Assembly (NCBI GenBank): GCA_963716145.1
Contig: OY970292.1
Span: forward strand, 901,404 to 965,403
DNA from: Candidatus Levyibacteriota bacterium
GTDB taxonomy: Bacteria > Patescibacteriota > Microgenomatia > Levybacterales > UBA12049
Length of the DNA stretch: 64,000 nucleotides
Reading direction: 5' to 3'
Part shown: one piece after another, positions 9,236 to 16,922 of the stretch
Layout: every line of letters starts with the position of its first letter
Numbering within the stretch: the first letter of the stretch is position 1
Made by a program: the position numbers and the translations under genes
Notes under the pieces: model-generated
The model's input: only the letters and a program-made list of their open reading frames with translations
Told to the model about the DNA's origin: nothing
Database searches by the model: none

Positions 9236-10551
9236 AGAATTTAAAATTTCTAATTTCTAATTTCAAATTGCCAAAAATAATATTGTGTTTTTGCGTGCTA
9301 CTTATCACTTATCACTTATCATTTATAACCCCAGCGCATGCCGATGCGGTTATAGACAATGGGATTAATTATTTAAAACAAAAACAAGTTCCATCCGGGC
9401 AAATAGACGGTGGAGGATTTAGTGATGCTTCTCCCTGGTCGGCAATTGCATTTGAAATAAGAGATATACATATTGAAGATGTTAAGAATAGCTCCGTTTC
9501 CTTAAAAGATTTTTTCGTAAACAATGTTCCAGGTGATGCATATACGTTGGCAACTAGGATTTTAGTTATTGTCGCAGCAGGAGATGATCCGACGAACTTT
9601 GGAGGAAATAATTATGTACAAAAACTTGAAAGTTTTCATCATGATAGTCAAATAGATAATATATGCATTCTGAATGACGACCTCTTTGGATTACTTGCTC
9701 TTATATCAGCTGGAAATTCATCCGATCAGAATATAAAACAAGATACTTTAAATTTTATTATTGATCATCAAGCAATAGATGGAGGATTTAGTTATTCAGC
9801 TCCATCTACAACTTGTCCTGATTGGGGGACTGATCCTGATACCACTTCGGCTGCGATTCAGGTATTGCAAGCAGCAAAAACGAATGGGTTAACAAATCCT
9901 AAACTCGATGATTCCATAAGTATGGCAAAAGAATATCTACTTGACGATCAGGACGCCGGTGGGGGCTTTTTAGCATTTGGCTCTCCAAGTTCTGATACAA
10001 CAGGATGGGCGTTAATGGCCCTAAATGTTTTGGGTATGCAGGATTCTGAGCAAGCAGCAAAAGCGCGGACCTGGTTAGCATCTCAACAATCACAACCAGA
10101 AGGGGGCTTCTTGTCTTATGGAACTTTAAATTCAACAACTACAGCTCATGCGCTCATTGCTCTTTCCGGATCGGGCTGGTTCTATCGGCCAAGTATTCCT
10201 GTGCCGACTATTTCTGTAGTTTCACCAACGCCAACTCCTACGCCAACAACTTCATCTTCAAGCAGCAACTCATCTACTCCCACTCCAACGCCCACAAATA
10301 CTACAACCCCAACACTACAAGTTAAGAATAAGACAACTTCCGATCTTGTTTCCGATTCTTCTTTTGAAGATCCGCAACCAACTCCTGCGCCTGAAGTTTT
10401 GGGGCAATCAACACAAGAAGTAAAACCTGATATCGATAAAAAACAATTGCTGATTAAAAATTTAACCAGCGGATTTTTACCTCTTCTTTTTGGATTTGGT
10501 CTTTATGTTGTGGTAAGATTTTGGGAGAGGAGGTGGAGAAAAAATGTTTGA
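9232..10551 (+). CDS. Secreted, C-terminally anchored alpha/alpha-barrel (prenyltransferase/squalene-cyclase repeat-like) protein
   Basis: Signal peptide AHA-D; repeats YLKQKQVPSG, HQAIDGGFSY, DQDAGGGF, SQQSQPEGGF, DPDTTSAAIQVL, NSTTTAHALIAL; PT-rich linker; C-terminal TM plus RRWRK. ATGA overlap with the upstream gene. Confidence 0.75.
   Translation: MKNLKFLISNFKLPKIILCFCVLLITYHLSFITPAHADAVIDNGINYLKQKQVPSGQIDGGGFSDASPWSAIAFEIRDIHIEDVKNSSVSLKDFFVNNVPGDAYTLATRILVIVAAGDDPTNFGGNNYVQKLESFHHDSQIDNICILNDDLFGLLALISAGNSSDQNIKQDTLNFIIDHQAIDGGFSYSAPSTTCPDWGTDPDTTSAAIQVLQAAKTNGLTNPKLDDSISMAKEYLLDDQDAGGGFLAFGSPSSDTTGWALMALNVLGMQDSEQAAKARTWLASQQSQPEGGFLSYGTLNSTTTAHALIALSGSGWFYRPSIPVPTISVVSPTPTPTPTTSSSSSNSSTPTPTPTNTTTPTLQVKNKTTSDLVSDSSFEDPQPTPAPEVLGQSTQEVKPDIDKKQLLIKNLTSGFLPLLFGFGLYVVVRFWERRWRKNV
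9238..9328 (+). repeat. Heptamer arrays inside the signal-peptide coding region
   Basis: AATTTAA AATTTCT AATTTCT AATTTCA (9238-65); CTTATCA x3 + TTTATAA (9301-28). Confidence 0.75.
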
Positions 10552-11107
10552 ATTATTTATGATTATAGGAGGTGCGCTGTTGCGACTCGTGCCGCATGTT
10601 CCTAATTTTGCACCGGTCGCGGCAACTGCTTTATTTGGTGGAACGTATTTAAAAAAGAAATACGCGATTATAATCCCTATGGGTATTTTGTTTTTATCAG
10701 ATTATTTGCTTTTATATATTAATCCGTTTTCAGAGAAGGTCGTAAATTTTGACAAAGTTTATCCTATTACCGCGATTTTTCATCCAAGTACATTTTATGT
10801 TTGGGGAAGCTTTTTGATAGTAGGTTTTATCGGGCTTTGGCTAAGAAACCATAAGAGCGCTCACAATGTTATTTTAAGTTCGTTGATTTCATCAATACTC
10901 TTTTTTCTAGTTACAAATTTTGGTTATTGGCTTTCCAATAGTTTGTACCCAAAAACATTTGAGGGGCAAATGACAGCATATGTTATGGCGTTGCCATTTT
11001 TCAAATGGACGATTTTGGGGGATTTGTTCTATACAGGAGTATTTTTTGGAGCGTACGAATTTGCGTTAAAAGCAGTAGGTAGAAAAAATGTTGCGGTGAC
11101 GGTTTAA
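10544..11107 (+). CDS. DUF6580-like membrane protein, putative ECF S-component-type cobalamin transporter
   Basis: RLVPHVPNFAPVAATALFGG, SD, FFLVTNFGYW, YVMALPFF, GDLFY; about 6 TMs in 187 aa; AGGAGG RBS. Confidence 0.7.
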   Translation: MFELFMIIGGALLRLVPHVPNFAPVAATALFGGTYLKKKYAIIIPMGILFLSDYLLLYINPFSEKVVNFDKVYPITAIFHPSTFYVWGSFLIVGFIGLWLRNHKSAHNVILSSLISSILFFLVTNFGYWLSNSLYPKTFEGQMTAYVMALPFFKWTILGDLFYTGVFFGAYEFALKAVGRKNVAVTV

Positions 11108-11111
11108 ATTT

Positions 11112-11651
11112 ATGCCGATTTATACAAGAACAGGAGATAGAGGTACAACTTCGCTTTTTGATACAACTCGGGTTCTCAAATCAAGCGCTCGGGTTGAGAC
11201 ATACGGAACGATTGATGAGCTTAACAGCACTATCGGCGCGGTAATTGCACATCTTGAGGATTCAACAGGGCTTGTTGAGAAAGAATTGTTACAAATTCAG
11301 AATGATCTTTTGGAAATTGGCGCAGCTCTTGCCAATCCAAAAGCAGTACCTATCAAAGGGCTTAACAAGCGTCCCACAGATTTTGAAAAACTGATTGATA
11401 AGATGACGGATAAACTTCCGGAACTTCGAAATTTTATCTTACCAGGAGGTAGTAAGGCCGGATCGCTTCTTCACATCGCAAGAACTATCGCCAGACGGGC
11501 AGAACGAATAATTGTCGGCCTAATCCAAGACGAAAAAGTGGATCAGGATATCATAATTTATGTAAATAGACTTTCTGATCTGCTATTCACAATGGCACGT
11601 TTTGTAAATCAGGCGGAAAAGAAAAAAGAGACAGTTTGGAAAAAGAGATAA
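11112..11651 (+). CDS. pduO: ATP:cob(I)alamin adenosyltransferase, PduO type
   Basis: IYTRTGDRGTT, YGTIDELNS, FILPGG, RRAER, NRLSDLLF. Confidence 0.95.
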   Translation: MPIYTRTGDRGTTSLFDTTRVLKSSARVETYGTIDELNSTIGAVIAHLEDSTGLVEKELLQIQNDLLEIGAALANPKAVPIKGLNKRPTDFEKLIDKMTDKLPELRNFILPGGSKAGSLLHIARTIARRAERIIVGLIQDEKVDQDIIIYVNRLSDLLFTMARFVNQAEKKKETVWKKR

Positions 11652-11728
11652 TGACAGCTTGTCCCCCTCTGCGGTTGGAAAGCCCATAATTTGAGTTAAA
11701 AATAAAAGTTGTGTTACAATCAGGATAT

Positions 11729-12007
11729 ATGTCAGCGGAAACAGTAGTTGTGCACAAAGAAGTAGCAGTGGGGCATGCAGCAGATCAGCATTTATCTAAC
11801 AGGAGACAAGAGTTGAATCAAAGATTAAGAAAATGGGGAAAGTGGTTCGTCGGAGGTCTTGCCGTTGGATTGGCTGGACTTGGACTATCCCTTGCAGCTC
11901 CTGGAGTAGGAACTGCAGTTATGTTGGTGGGGAGTGGTATGGAGGCTGTAGGAGCTGTCGGAATTATAGGTAATATCCTTAAAGGCGCAAGCCAGAAAAA
12001 TAAATAG
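11729..12007 (+). CDS. Small Gly-rich two-TM membrane protein
   Basis: GGLAVGLAGLGLSLAAPGVG hydrophobic hairpin; ATG 11729 follows TGT-TACAAT. Confidence 0.55.
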   Translation: MSAETVVVHKEVAVGHAADQHLSNRRQELNQRLRKWGKWFVGGLAVGLAGLGLSLAAPGVGTAVMLVGSGMEAVGAVGIIGNILKGASQKNK

Positions 12008-12021
12008 ACCACCTCTCAAAT

Positions 12022-12363
12022 ATGCAGCAAAATTATAAAGATACCCTTTTAGAACTCCTGACAACCATTAACTACCCCAATAATAAAGAAAAATTTATTG
12101 CAGAATTTGAAGACTTAAATAGGGTTGAGGTAATTGCCAATATTTTGGAAAAACTACCCAAGGATATACAAGAAAAAATACAAGCCGGTGATAATGATTA
12201 TGAGAACATTAAAAAATATATTCACCAGGATGAGTATTTAGCTGAAATAACCAAAGTTTCAGCAGAAGCACTGAAAAAATTTATTGAAGTAATTTCACCA
12301 CTTCTCACCTTACAGCAGAAACAACAAGTAGATAAGATAGTACATAATTACCCAAGATTGTAA
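12022..12363 (+). CDS. Hypothetical helical protein
   Basis: 113-aa ORF filling the gap, co-directional with neighbours. Confidence 0.6.
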   Translation: MQQNYKDTLLELLTTINYPNNKEKFIAEFEDLNRVEVIANILEKLPKDIQEKIQAGDNDYENIKKYIHQDEYLAEITKVSAEALKKFIEVISPLLTLQQKQQVDKIVHNYPRL

Positions 12364-12418
12364 TCTTTTGTTAGGATTTTTTATTGCCTCTTGAGCCCCC
12401 ACATGCTAAGATTATTTT

Positions 12419-13090
12419 ATGGATAGTAGTGCCCCAAATTCACAGCAGAATACAGATTCATCAGCTGTTCAACCAGCTCAGCCAATTGTTCCAAATCGTG
12501 GAGGAATACCGATTGGTCCTACTCAACCAGCTTCGTCTGAGCTTCAGATAGTAGATCCAATCTTACCGGTTGCGGAATCTGCTGCACAAAAAGATGTGCA
12601 AAGTATAAGTCAGAATGATTCCATTTCCCTTATGCCATCTCAATCCCCAGCAACTCCTTCCGAAAAGCCGGCAAATGACCAAAATGTTGTAACTCAAGCA
12701 CCAGTTTCTCAGCAGGTAAGTTCTACAAAAAACCGCGAACATGAACCCTCATCAGCGCCAGCACCTGATATTGTAAAAATGACTGATTCTGAAATAATTC
12801 AGGAAGAAAAAGTAGTTGAAAAGGAAATTGAAGCAATGGTTGAGAAAACCCCGGATTCGGAAAAACCAAAACTTTCATCAGAGGTAAAGGCCGCGGGGGT
12901 AGAACATGCAAAAGAAGATACACCGATGCCTCCTCTTCCGACAGGCGTCAAACCATTGCCTATGAGTTATGATGAAGCGCAATCAATACGGAAAAAATAC
13001 AAATTAATACTGAAAGATTCAGTTGCCTGGCTATCAACTTTGATAATGTATCACTGGAAAAAAATTGGATTTAAAAATAAAGAGACATAA
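12419..13090 (+). CDS. Low-complexity P/S/Q-rich protein with short conserved-looking C-terminus
   Basis: Disordered N-terminus, ends LPMSYDEA...DSVAWLSTL; 3 nt before the VirD4-like gene. Confidence 0.65.
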   Translation: MDSSAPNSQQNTDSSAVQPAQPIVPNRGGIPIGPTQPASSELQIVDPILPVAESAAQKDVQSISQNDSISLMPSQSPATPSEKPANDQNVVTQAPVSQQVSSTKNREHEPSSAPAPDIVKMTDSEIIQEEKVVEKEIEAMVEKTPDSEKPKLSSEVKAAGVEHAKEDTPMPPLPTGVKPLPMSYDEAQSIRKKYKLILKDSVAWLSTLIMYHWKKIGFKNKET

Positions 13091-13093
13091 AGT

Positions 13094-15484
13094 ATGCAAG
13101 TACAATCTTTTTTAAGCCAAAATTCACTTATAATAAAGCTTTTTTTTGGTGTTTTGGGATTTGCCGCGGTAGCAGGATTTCTTATGTTGCTCTTTTATGT
13201 TTTTCTGATGTGGATAAGGCACCGCAAAAGGGAATCAGAAGCACTTAATTCAACTCTTCTTCAAGTGACAGTACCAAGGGATAATGAGATCAAAGTTGAT
13301 GCTGCTGAGCAGATGTTTTCAGCATTATATGCAATACGCAAAACCTATGAAAAGGACAGACTGTCTTTTTTCAAATCCCAGCCGCATCTTTCATTTGAAA
13401 TTGTAGGATTGCCTGGGGATATCCGTTTTTACGTCAATGTTCCAAACAATCTGCGGGATTTTGTTGAAAAACAAATTAACGGTTCATATCCTGATGCCGA
13501 AATAATTCCTGTTACTGAGCCTGCAGCTAAGCAAAGAGAGGGTGGAGTTCTGGGTACAGAATACAATATTTTTTCAAAAGATGGAAAGGTAGCTTTTGTG
13601 TCCCTTAGGCTGCACCACGCAAATCACATGCCGATAAAAGTATACAAGGATTTGGCTGTTGATTCTTTATCTTCAATCACCTCAGTCCTTGCCAAAATGG
13701 GAGAAGGCGAGGGGGCAGCTCTTCAGATTGTGATAAGTCCGGCCTCATCCAAATGGAAAAAAGAAGGTCGCAGTTTTATTGGGCACACAAAAAAGATGGA
13801 AGCAAATCCTGAGAAAGCAAGTTATAAGTCCGACGCTAAAGAGCTTGAGGCAATAGAGAGTAAAATCCAAAAACCGGGATTTGATACTGTTATCCGGATT
13901 GTGGTCTCAGCCAAAACATATCATGCTGCAAAAGCCCACAAAGATAATATAAAAGGAGCATTCAGTCAGTTTACTCTCCATAATTCCTTTCACAGGAACA
14001 AAAATTGGATTAAGGGGTGGTTCATGAATGATTTTATTTACCGTTATTTTCCAATGTGGGGACAGACTTCTGTCCTGACGAGTGAAGAATTGGCAACTAT
14101 TTATCATTTTCCAAATAAAAGTGTGTATACAACTCCCGGAATTCACTGGTTGACTGCCAAGCGAGCGCCGGCACCCTCAAATTTGCCGACAAGTGGTCTT
14201 TATCTGGGAAAGAGCAGTTATCGAGGCATATCCCGCGGAATATTTCAAGGACGCGAAGACCGTCGTCGCCACACCTATATAATCGGAAAAACAGGAACAG
14301 GAAAAACAGAAATGCTCAAAACCATGATCATGCAGGATATAAATAACGGTGAAGGACTTGCGGTTATTGATCCTCACGGAGATTTGGTTGAGGATATTCT
14401 GCGTATGATACCCCCTAAAAGGGCTGAGGAGGTTATTCTCTTTGATCCATCAGATACTGAGCGCCCGATGGGTTTTAATATGCTCTCAGCAGACACCGAG
14501 CAGCAAAAGCATTTCGTTGTAAACTCAATAATCGGTCTTATGTATAAGCTTTTCGATCCGAATAAAACCGGTATCATTGGTCCTCGTTTTGAACATGCTA
14601 TTCGTAACGCGATGCTTACAGTGATGTATGAGAAAGGGAGTACCTTTATTGAAGTTGTGCGTGTTTTGACTGACCAGGCGTTTGTTCAGGAGTTATTGCC
14701 CAAAGTTCAGGATCCGATAATCAGACGTTACTGGACAGATCAGATTGCACAAACCAGTGATTTCCACAAATCCGAGGTTTTGGATTATATTACCTCCAAA
14801 TTCGGGCGTTTTGTTACCAATAAAATGATCAGAAATATTATTGGTCAGTCTGATAGCTCTTTTGAATTCCGTAAAGTCATGGATGAGGGTAAAATTCTTC
14901 TCATCAATCTTTCCAAAGGAAAAATTGGTGAGGAAAACGCTAACTTTTTAGGATTGGTTTTGGTTCCAAAAATTTTGGTTGCTGCTATGAGCAGGCAGGA
15001 TATTCCCAATCAGGAAGACAGACGGGACTTTTTTCTCTATGTTGATGAGTTTCAGAATTTCGCAACACCGGACTTCGCCCAAATTCTCTCAGAAGCACGT
15101 AAATACCGTCTCAATTTGATTGTTGCCAATCAGTTTATCGGTCAGATGGAGGAGGAGATCAAAAATGCTATTTTTGGAAACGTAGGAACAATAGCGTCGT
15201 TTAGAGTCGGTGTAACTGATGCAAATTATCTCCAGCATGAATTCCAACCGCTATTTAATGAAAACGATCTTATCAATGTCGATAAGTATAATGCATATAT
15301 GCGGACTATTGTTAATGGTGAACCTGCTGCGCCTTTTTCGCTTGATACCACCAAAGATGTTTCCAAGGAGAAAGCCCTCCAAAACGACCGTGTTGCTGAG
15401 TTGGTTCGCGAACTCTCCCGTCTTAAGTATGGAAAGAGTGTTGAAACAGTTGAAACAGAAATTGCTACTAGAGCGAGATTATAA
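13094..15484 (+). CDS. VirD4/TrwB-like type IV coupling ATPase (CPR type)
   Basis: N-terminal TM; RRHTYIIGKTGTGKT Walker A; IDPHGDL; LYVDEFQNF Walker B; SEARKYRLNLIVANQ. Confidence 0.85.
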   Translation: MQVQSFLSQNSLIIKLFFGVLGFAAVAGFLMLLFYVFLMWIRHRKRESEALNSTLLQVTVPRDNEIKVDAAEQMFSALYAIRKTYEKDRLSFFKSQPHLSFEIVGLPGDIRFYVNVPNNLRDFVEKQINGSYPDAEIIPVTEPAAKQREGGVLGTEYNIFSKDGKVAFVSLRLHHANHMPIKVYKDLAVDSLSSITSVLAKMGEGEGAALQIVISPASSKWKKEGRSFIGHTKKMEANPEKASYKSDAKELEAIESKIQKPGFDTVIRIVVSAKTYHAAKAHKDNIKGAFSQFTLHNSFHRNKNWIKGWFMNDFIYRYFPMWGQTSVLTSEELATIYHFPNKSVYTTPGIHWLTAKRAPAPSNLPTSGLYLGKSSYRGISRGIFQGREDRRRHTYIIGKTGTGKTEMLKTMIMQDINNGEGLAVIDPHGDLVEDILRMIPPKRAEEVILFDPSDTERPMGFNMLSADTEQQKHFVVNSIIGLMYKLFDPNKTGIIGPRFEHAIRNAMLTVMYEKGSTFIEVVRVLTDQAFVQELLPKVQDPIIRRYWTDQIAQTSDFHKSEVLDYITSKFGRFVTNKMIRNIIGQSDSSFEFRKVMDEGKILLINLSKGKIGEENANFLGLVLVPKILVAAMSRQDIPNQEDRRDFFLYVDEFQNFATPDFAQILSEARKYRLNLIVANQFIGQMEEEIKNAIFGNVGTIASFRVGVTDANYLQHEFQPLFNENDLINVDKYNAYMRTIVNGEPAAPFSLDTTKDVSKEKALQNDRVAELVRELSRLKYGKSVETVETEIATRARL

Positions 15485-15514
15485 AGTGCAAGAGCGCAAA
15501 AGCGAAGAAGTGCA
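15483..15514 (+). repeat. 8-mer array upstream of four-helix-bundle gene 1
   Basis: AAAGTGCA AGAGCGCA AAAGCGAA GAAGTGCA. Confidence 0.75.
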
Positions 15515-15517
15515 GAA

Positions 15518-15904
15518 ATGAAATTCACAGATTTAGAGATATGGAAAAAAGCTCATGAGTTAACACTTTTTGTCTATGCGGTTACTAAAAAGTTTCCCAA
15601 AGAAGAAGGGTACGGCTTGACCTCACAAATTCGTCGCGCAGCTGTTTCAGTAGAGTCATGTATCGCAGAAGGATTTGCCCGCTACCACTTTAAGGAAAGA
15701 TTAAATTTTTACTATGATGCGGGTGGGTCCTTAGCAGGAATTCAAAGCCAAACAATAACGTCGAAAGATTTATCCTATTTGTCAGATGATAACGCAAAAA
15801 AGATTTCTGATAAAGTAGATGAAGTTCAGATAATTCTGGCAGGTTTAATCCGTTCCACGCAAAATTTGGTAAAAAAGAAGAAATCTGGTATATTTACCGA
15901 ATGA
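15518..15904 (+). CDS. Four helix bundle protein (23S rRNA IVP / Avd-like family)
   Basis: FTDLEIWKKAHEL..YAVTKKFPKEEGYGLTSQIRRAAVSV..CIAEGF.R signature. Confidence 0.92.
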   Translation: MKFTDLEIWKKAHELTLFVYAVTKKFPKEEGYGLTSQIRRAAVSVESCIAEGFARYHFKERLNFYYDAGGSLAGIQSQTITSKDLSYLSDDNAKKISDKVDEVQIILAGLIRSTQNLVKKKKSGIFTE

Positions 15905-15905
15905 T

Positions 15906-15957
15906 GAAGCGTAAATAGTTGCACTTTTGCGCCTTTTCTCTTTCGCGCATATGCGCT
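15906..15957. repeat. Direct unit plus inverted 8-mer array downstream of four-helix-bundle gene 1
   Basis: GAAGCGTA, then GTTGCACT TTTGCGCC TTTTCTCT TTCGCGCA TATGCGCT; TGCACTTT (15920-27) is the exact reverse complement of AAAGTGCA. Confidence 0.75.
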
Positions 15958-15964
15958 GTAGATC

Positions 15965-16037
15965 GCGTCCGTAGTTCAGTGGCTAGAACAGTTGTCTTAT
16001 ACACAACATGTCGGAGGTTCGAGTCCTCCCGGACGCA
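15965..16037 (+). tRNA. tRNA with UAU anticodon (tRNA-Ile(TAT)), Val-like body, no CCA
   Basis: GCGTCCG/CGGACGC acceptor; GTTC/GAAC D stem; GTTGT-CTTATAC-ACAAC anticodon arm; GGAGG-TTCGAGT-CCTCC T arm; A73. Confidence 0.9.
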
Positions 16038-16050
16038 CTCTGTTTGGTCT

Positions 16051-16608
16051 ATGAAATTACCACAAAACGCAAAACTGGTTTTTAAGGGAAAGATATTTGA
16101 TGTTTATCAATGGGAACAACTGCTTTATGATGGATCCGTTGCCACGTTTGAAGGGCTAAAAAGGCCGAACACAATTCAGATTATTCCAACAATAGGCGAT
16201 AAGGTCTTGTTCTCTCATGAGGAGCAGCCAAATAAGCCCCTGAGTAACACGTTTTTGGGAGGCCGTGCGGAAGAGGGCGAGGAGCCACTAGTTACAGCAA
16301 AGAGAGAACTTCTTGAAGAAACGGGTTTGGAGTCAGATGACTGGGAGCTACTGAAAATTTATGAAAATGAGGGTAAAATAGAATGGAGTATTTATTTATT
16401 CACAGCTCGCAATTGCAAAAAAGTCGCAGAACCCAATCTCGATGCAGGGGAGAAGATAGATGTAAAAGAAGTAAGTTTTGACAAGTTCCTGGACATTGTT
16501 TCATCAGAAAAATTCTGGGGACGGGATATAGCAAATGATATTTTGAGAATGAGGCTGGATAGTAAAAAAATTGAAGAATTTAAGAAAAAATTATCAATTA
16601 AAACTTAG
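16051..16608 (+). CDS. NUDIX hydrolase
   Basis: GGRAEEGEEPLVTAKRELLEETGL Nudix box; start MKLPQ at 16051 because the upstream extension overlaps the tRNA. Confidence 0.9.
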   Translation: MKLPQNAKLVFKGKIFDVYQWEQLLYDGSVATFEGLKRPNTIQIIPTIGDKVLFSHEEQPNKPLSNTFLGGRAEEGEEPLVTAKRELLEETGLESDDWELLKIYENEGKIEWSIYLFTARNCKKVAEPNLDAGEKIDVKEVSFDKFLDIVSSEKFWGRDIANDILRMRLDSKKIEEFKKKLSIKT

Positions 16609-16619
16609 TGGGTTACATA

Positions 16620-16853
16620 TTAACGGCTGGAAGGGTCTGGTGGACGCACAACAAAATTACTTTTAGCCTGAGTTTTATTGGATGAAGTATTAGTGTTTAG
16701 TTCCTGCTTTTTATTTACTTGTTCTACCAAGTATTCAGCGCTAGAGGTATTTGCCCTATCTTCCTGCTCAATGCTCCACAATTTTTCTTTCCTTTTTAAC
16801 TCTCTATTCTCAAAGAAGTTGCGTATACTAGTGGATATAAAAGATATATTCAT
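16620..16853 (-). CDS. Small hypothetical protein
   Basis: ORF fills the gap; ATG 16853 follows TGC-TATTAT. Confidence 0.4.
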   Translation of the reverse strand: MNISFISTSIRNFFENRELKRKEKLWSIEQEDRANTSSAEYLVEQVNKKQELNTNTSSNKTQAKSNFVVRPPDPSSR

Positions 16854-16922
16854 GTAAAAAAATAATAGCATAGCTAAATATGAAAAATCAATAAAAGAGA
16901 GGTTTACAATTTAGAGATAAGT

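Noticed and set aside
10200-10320. PT/S-rich repeats (also 8830-8920, 3830-3860)
   Set aside because: Codon-periodic low-complexity linkers, distinct from the 7-mer DNA arrays.
9232-10551. Terpene cyclase / natural-product gene
   Set aside because: Secreted, stalked, membrane-anchored single barrel under a B12 riboswitch; DPDTT is not the DXDD catalytic motif.
15919-16050. N-terminal extensions of the Nudix, Fet4-like (21243) and RecX (44238) ORFs
   Set aside because: They run through tRNA genes; downstream ATGs at 16051, 21318 and 44289 give normal proteins.
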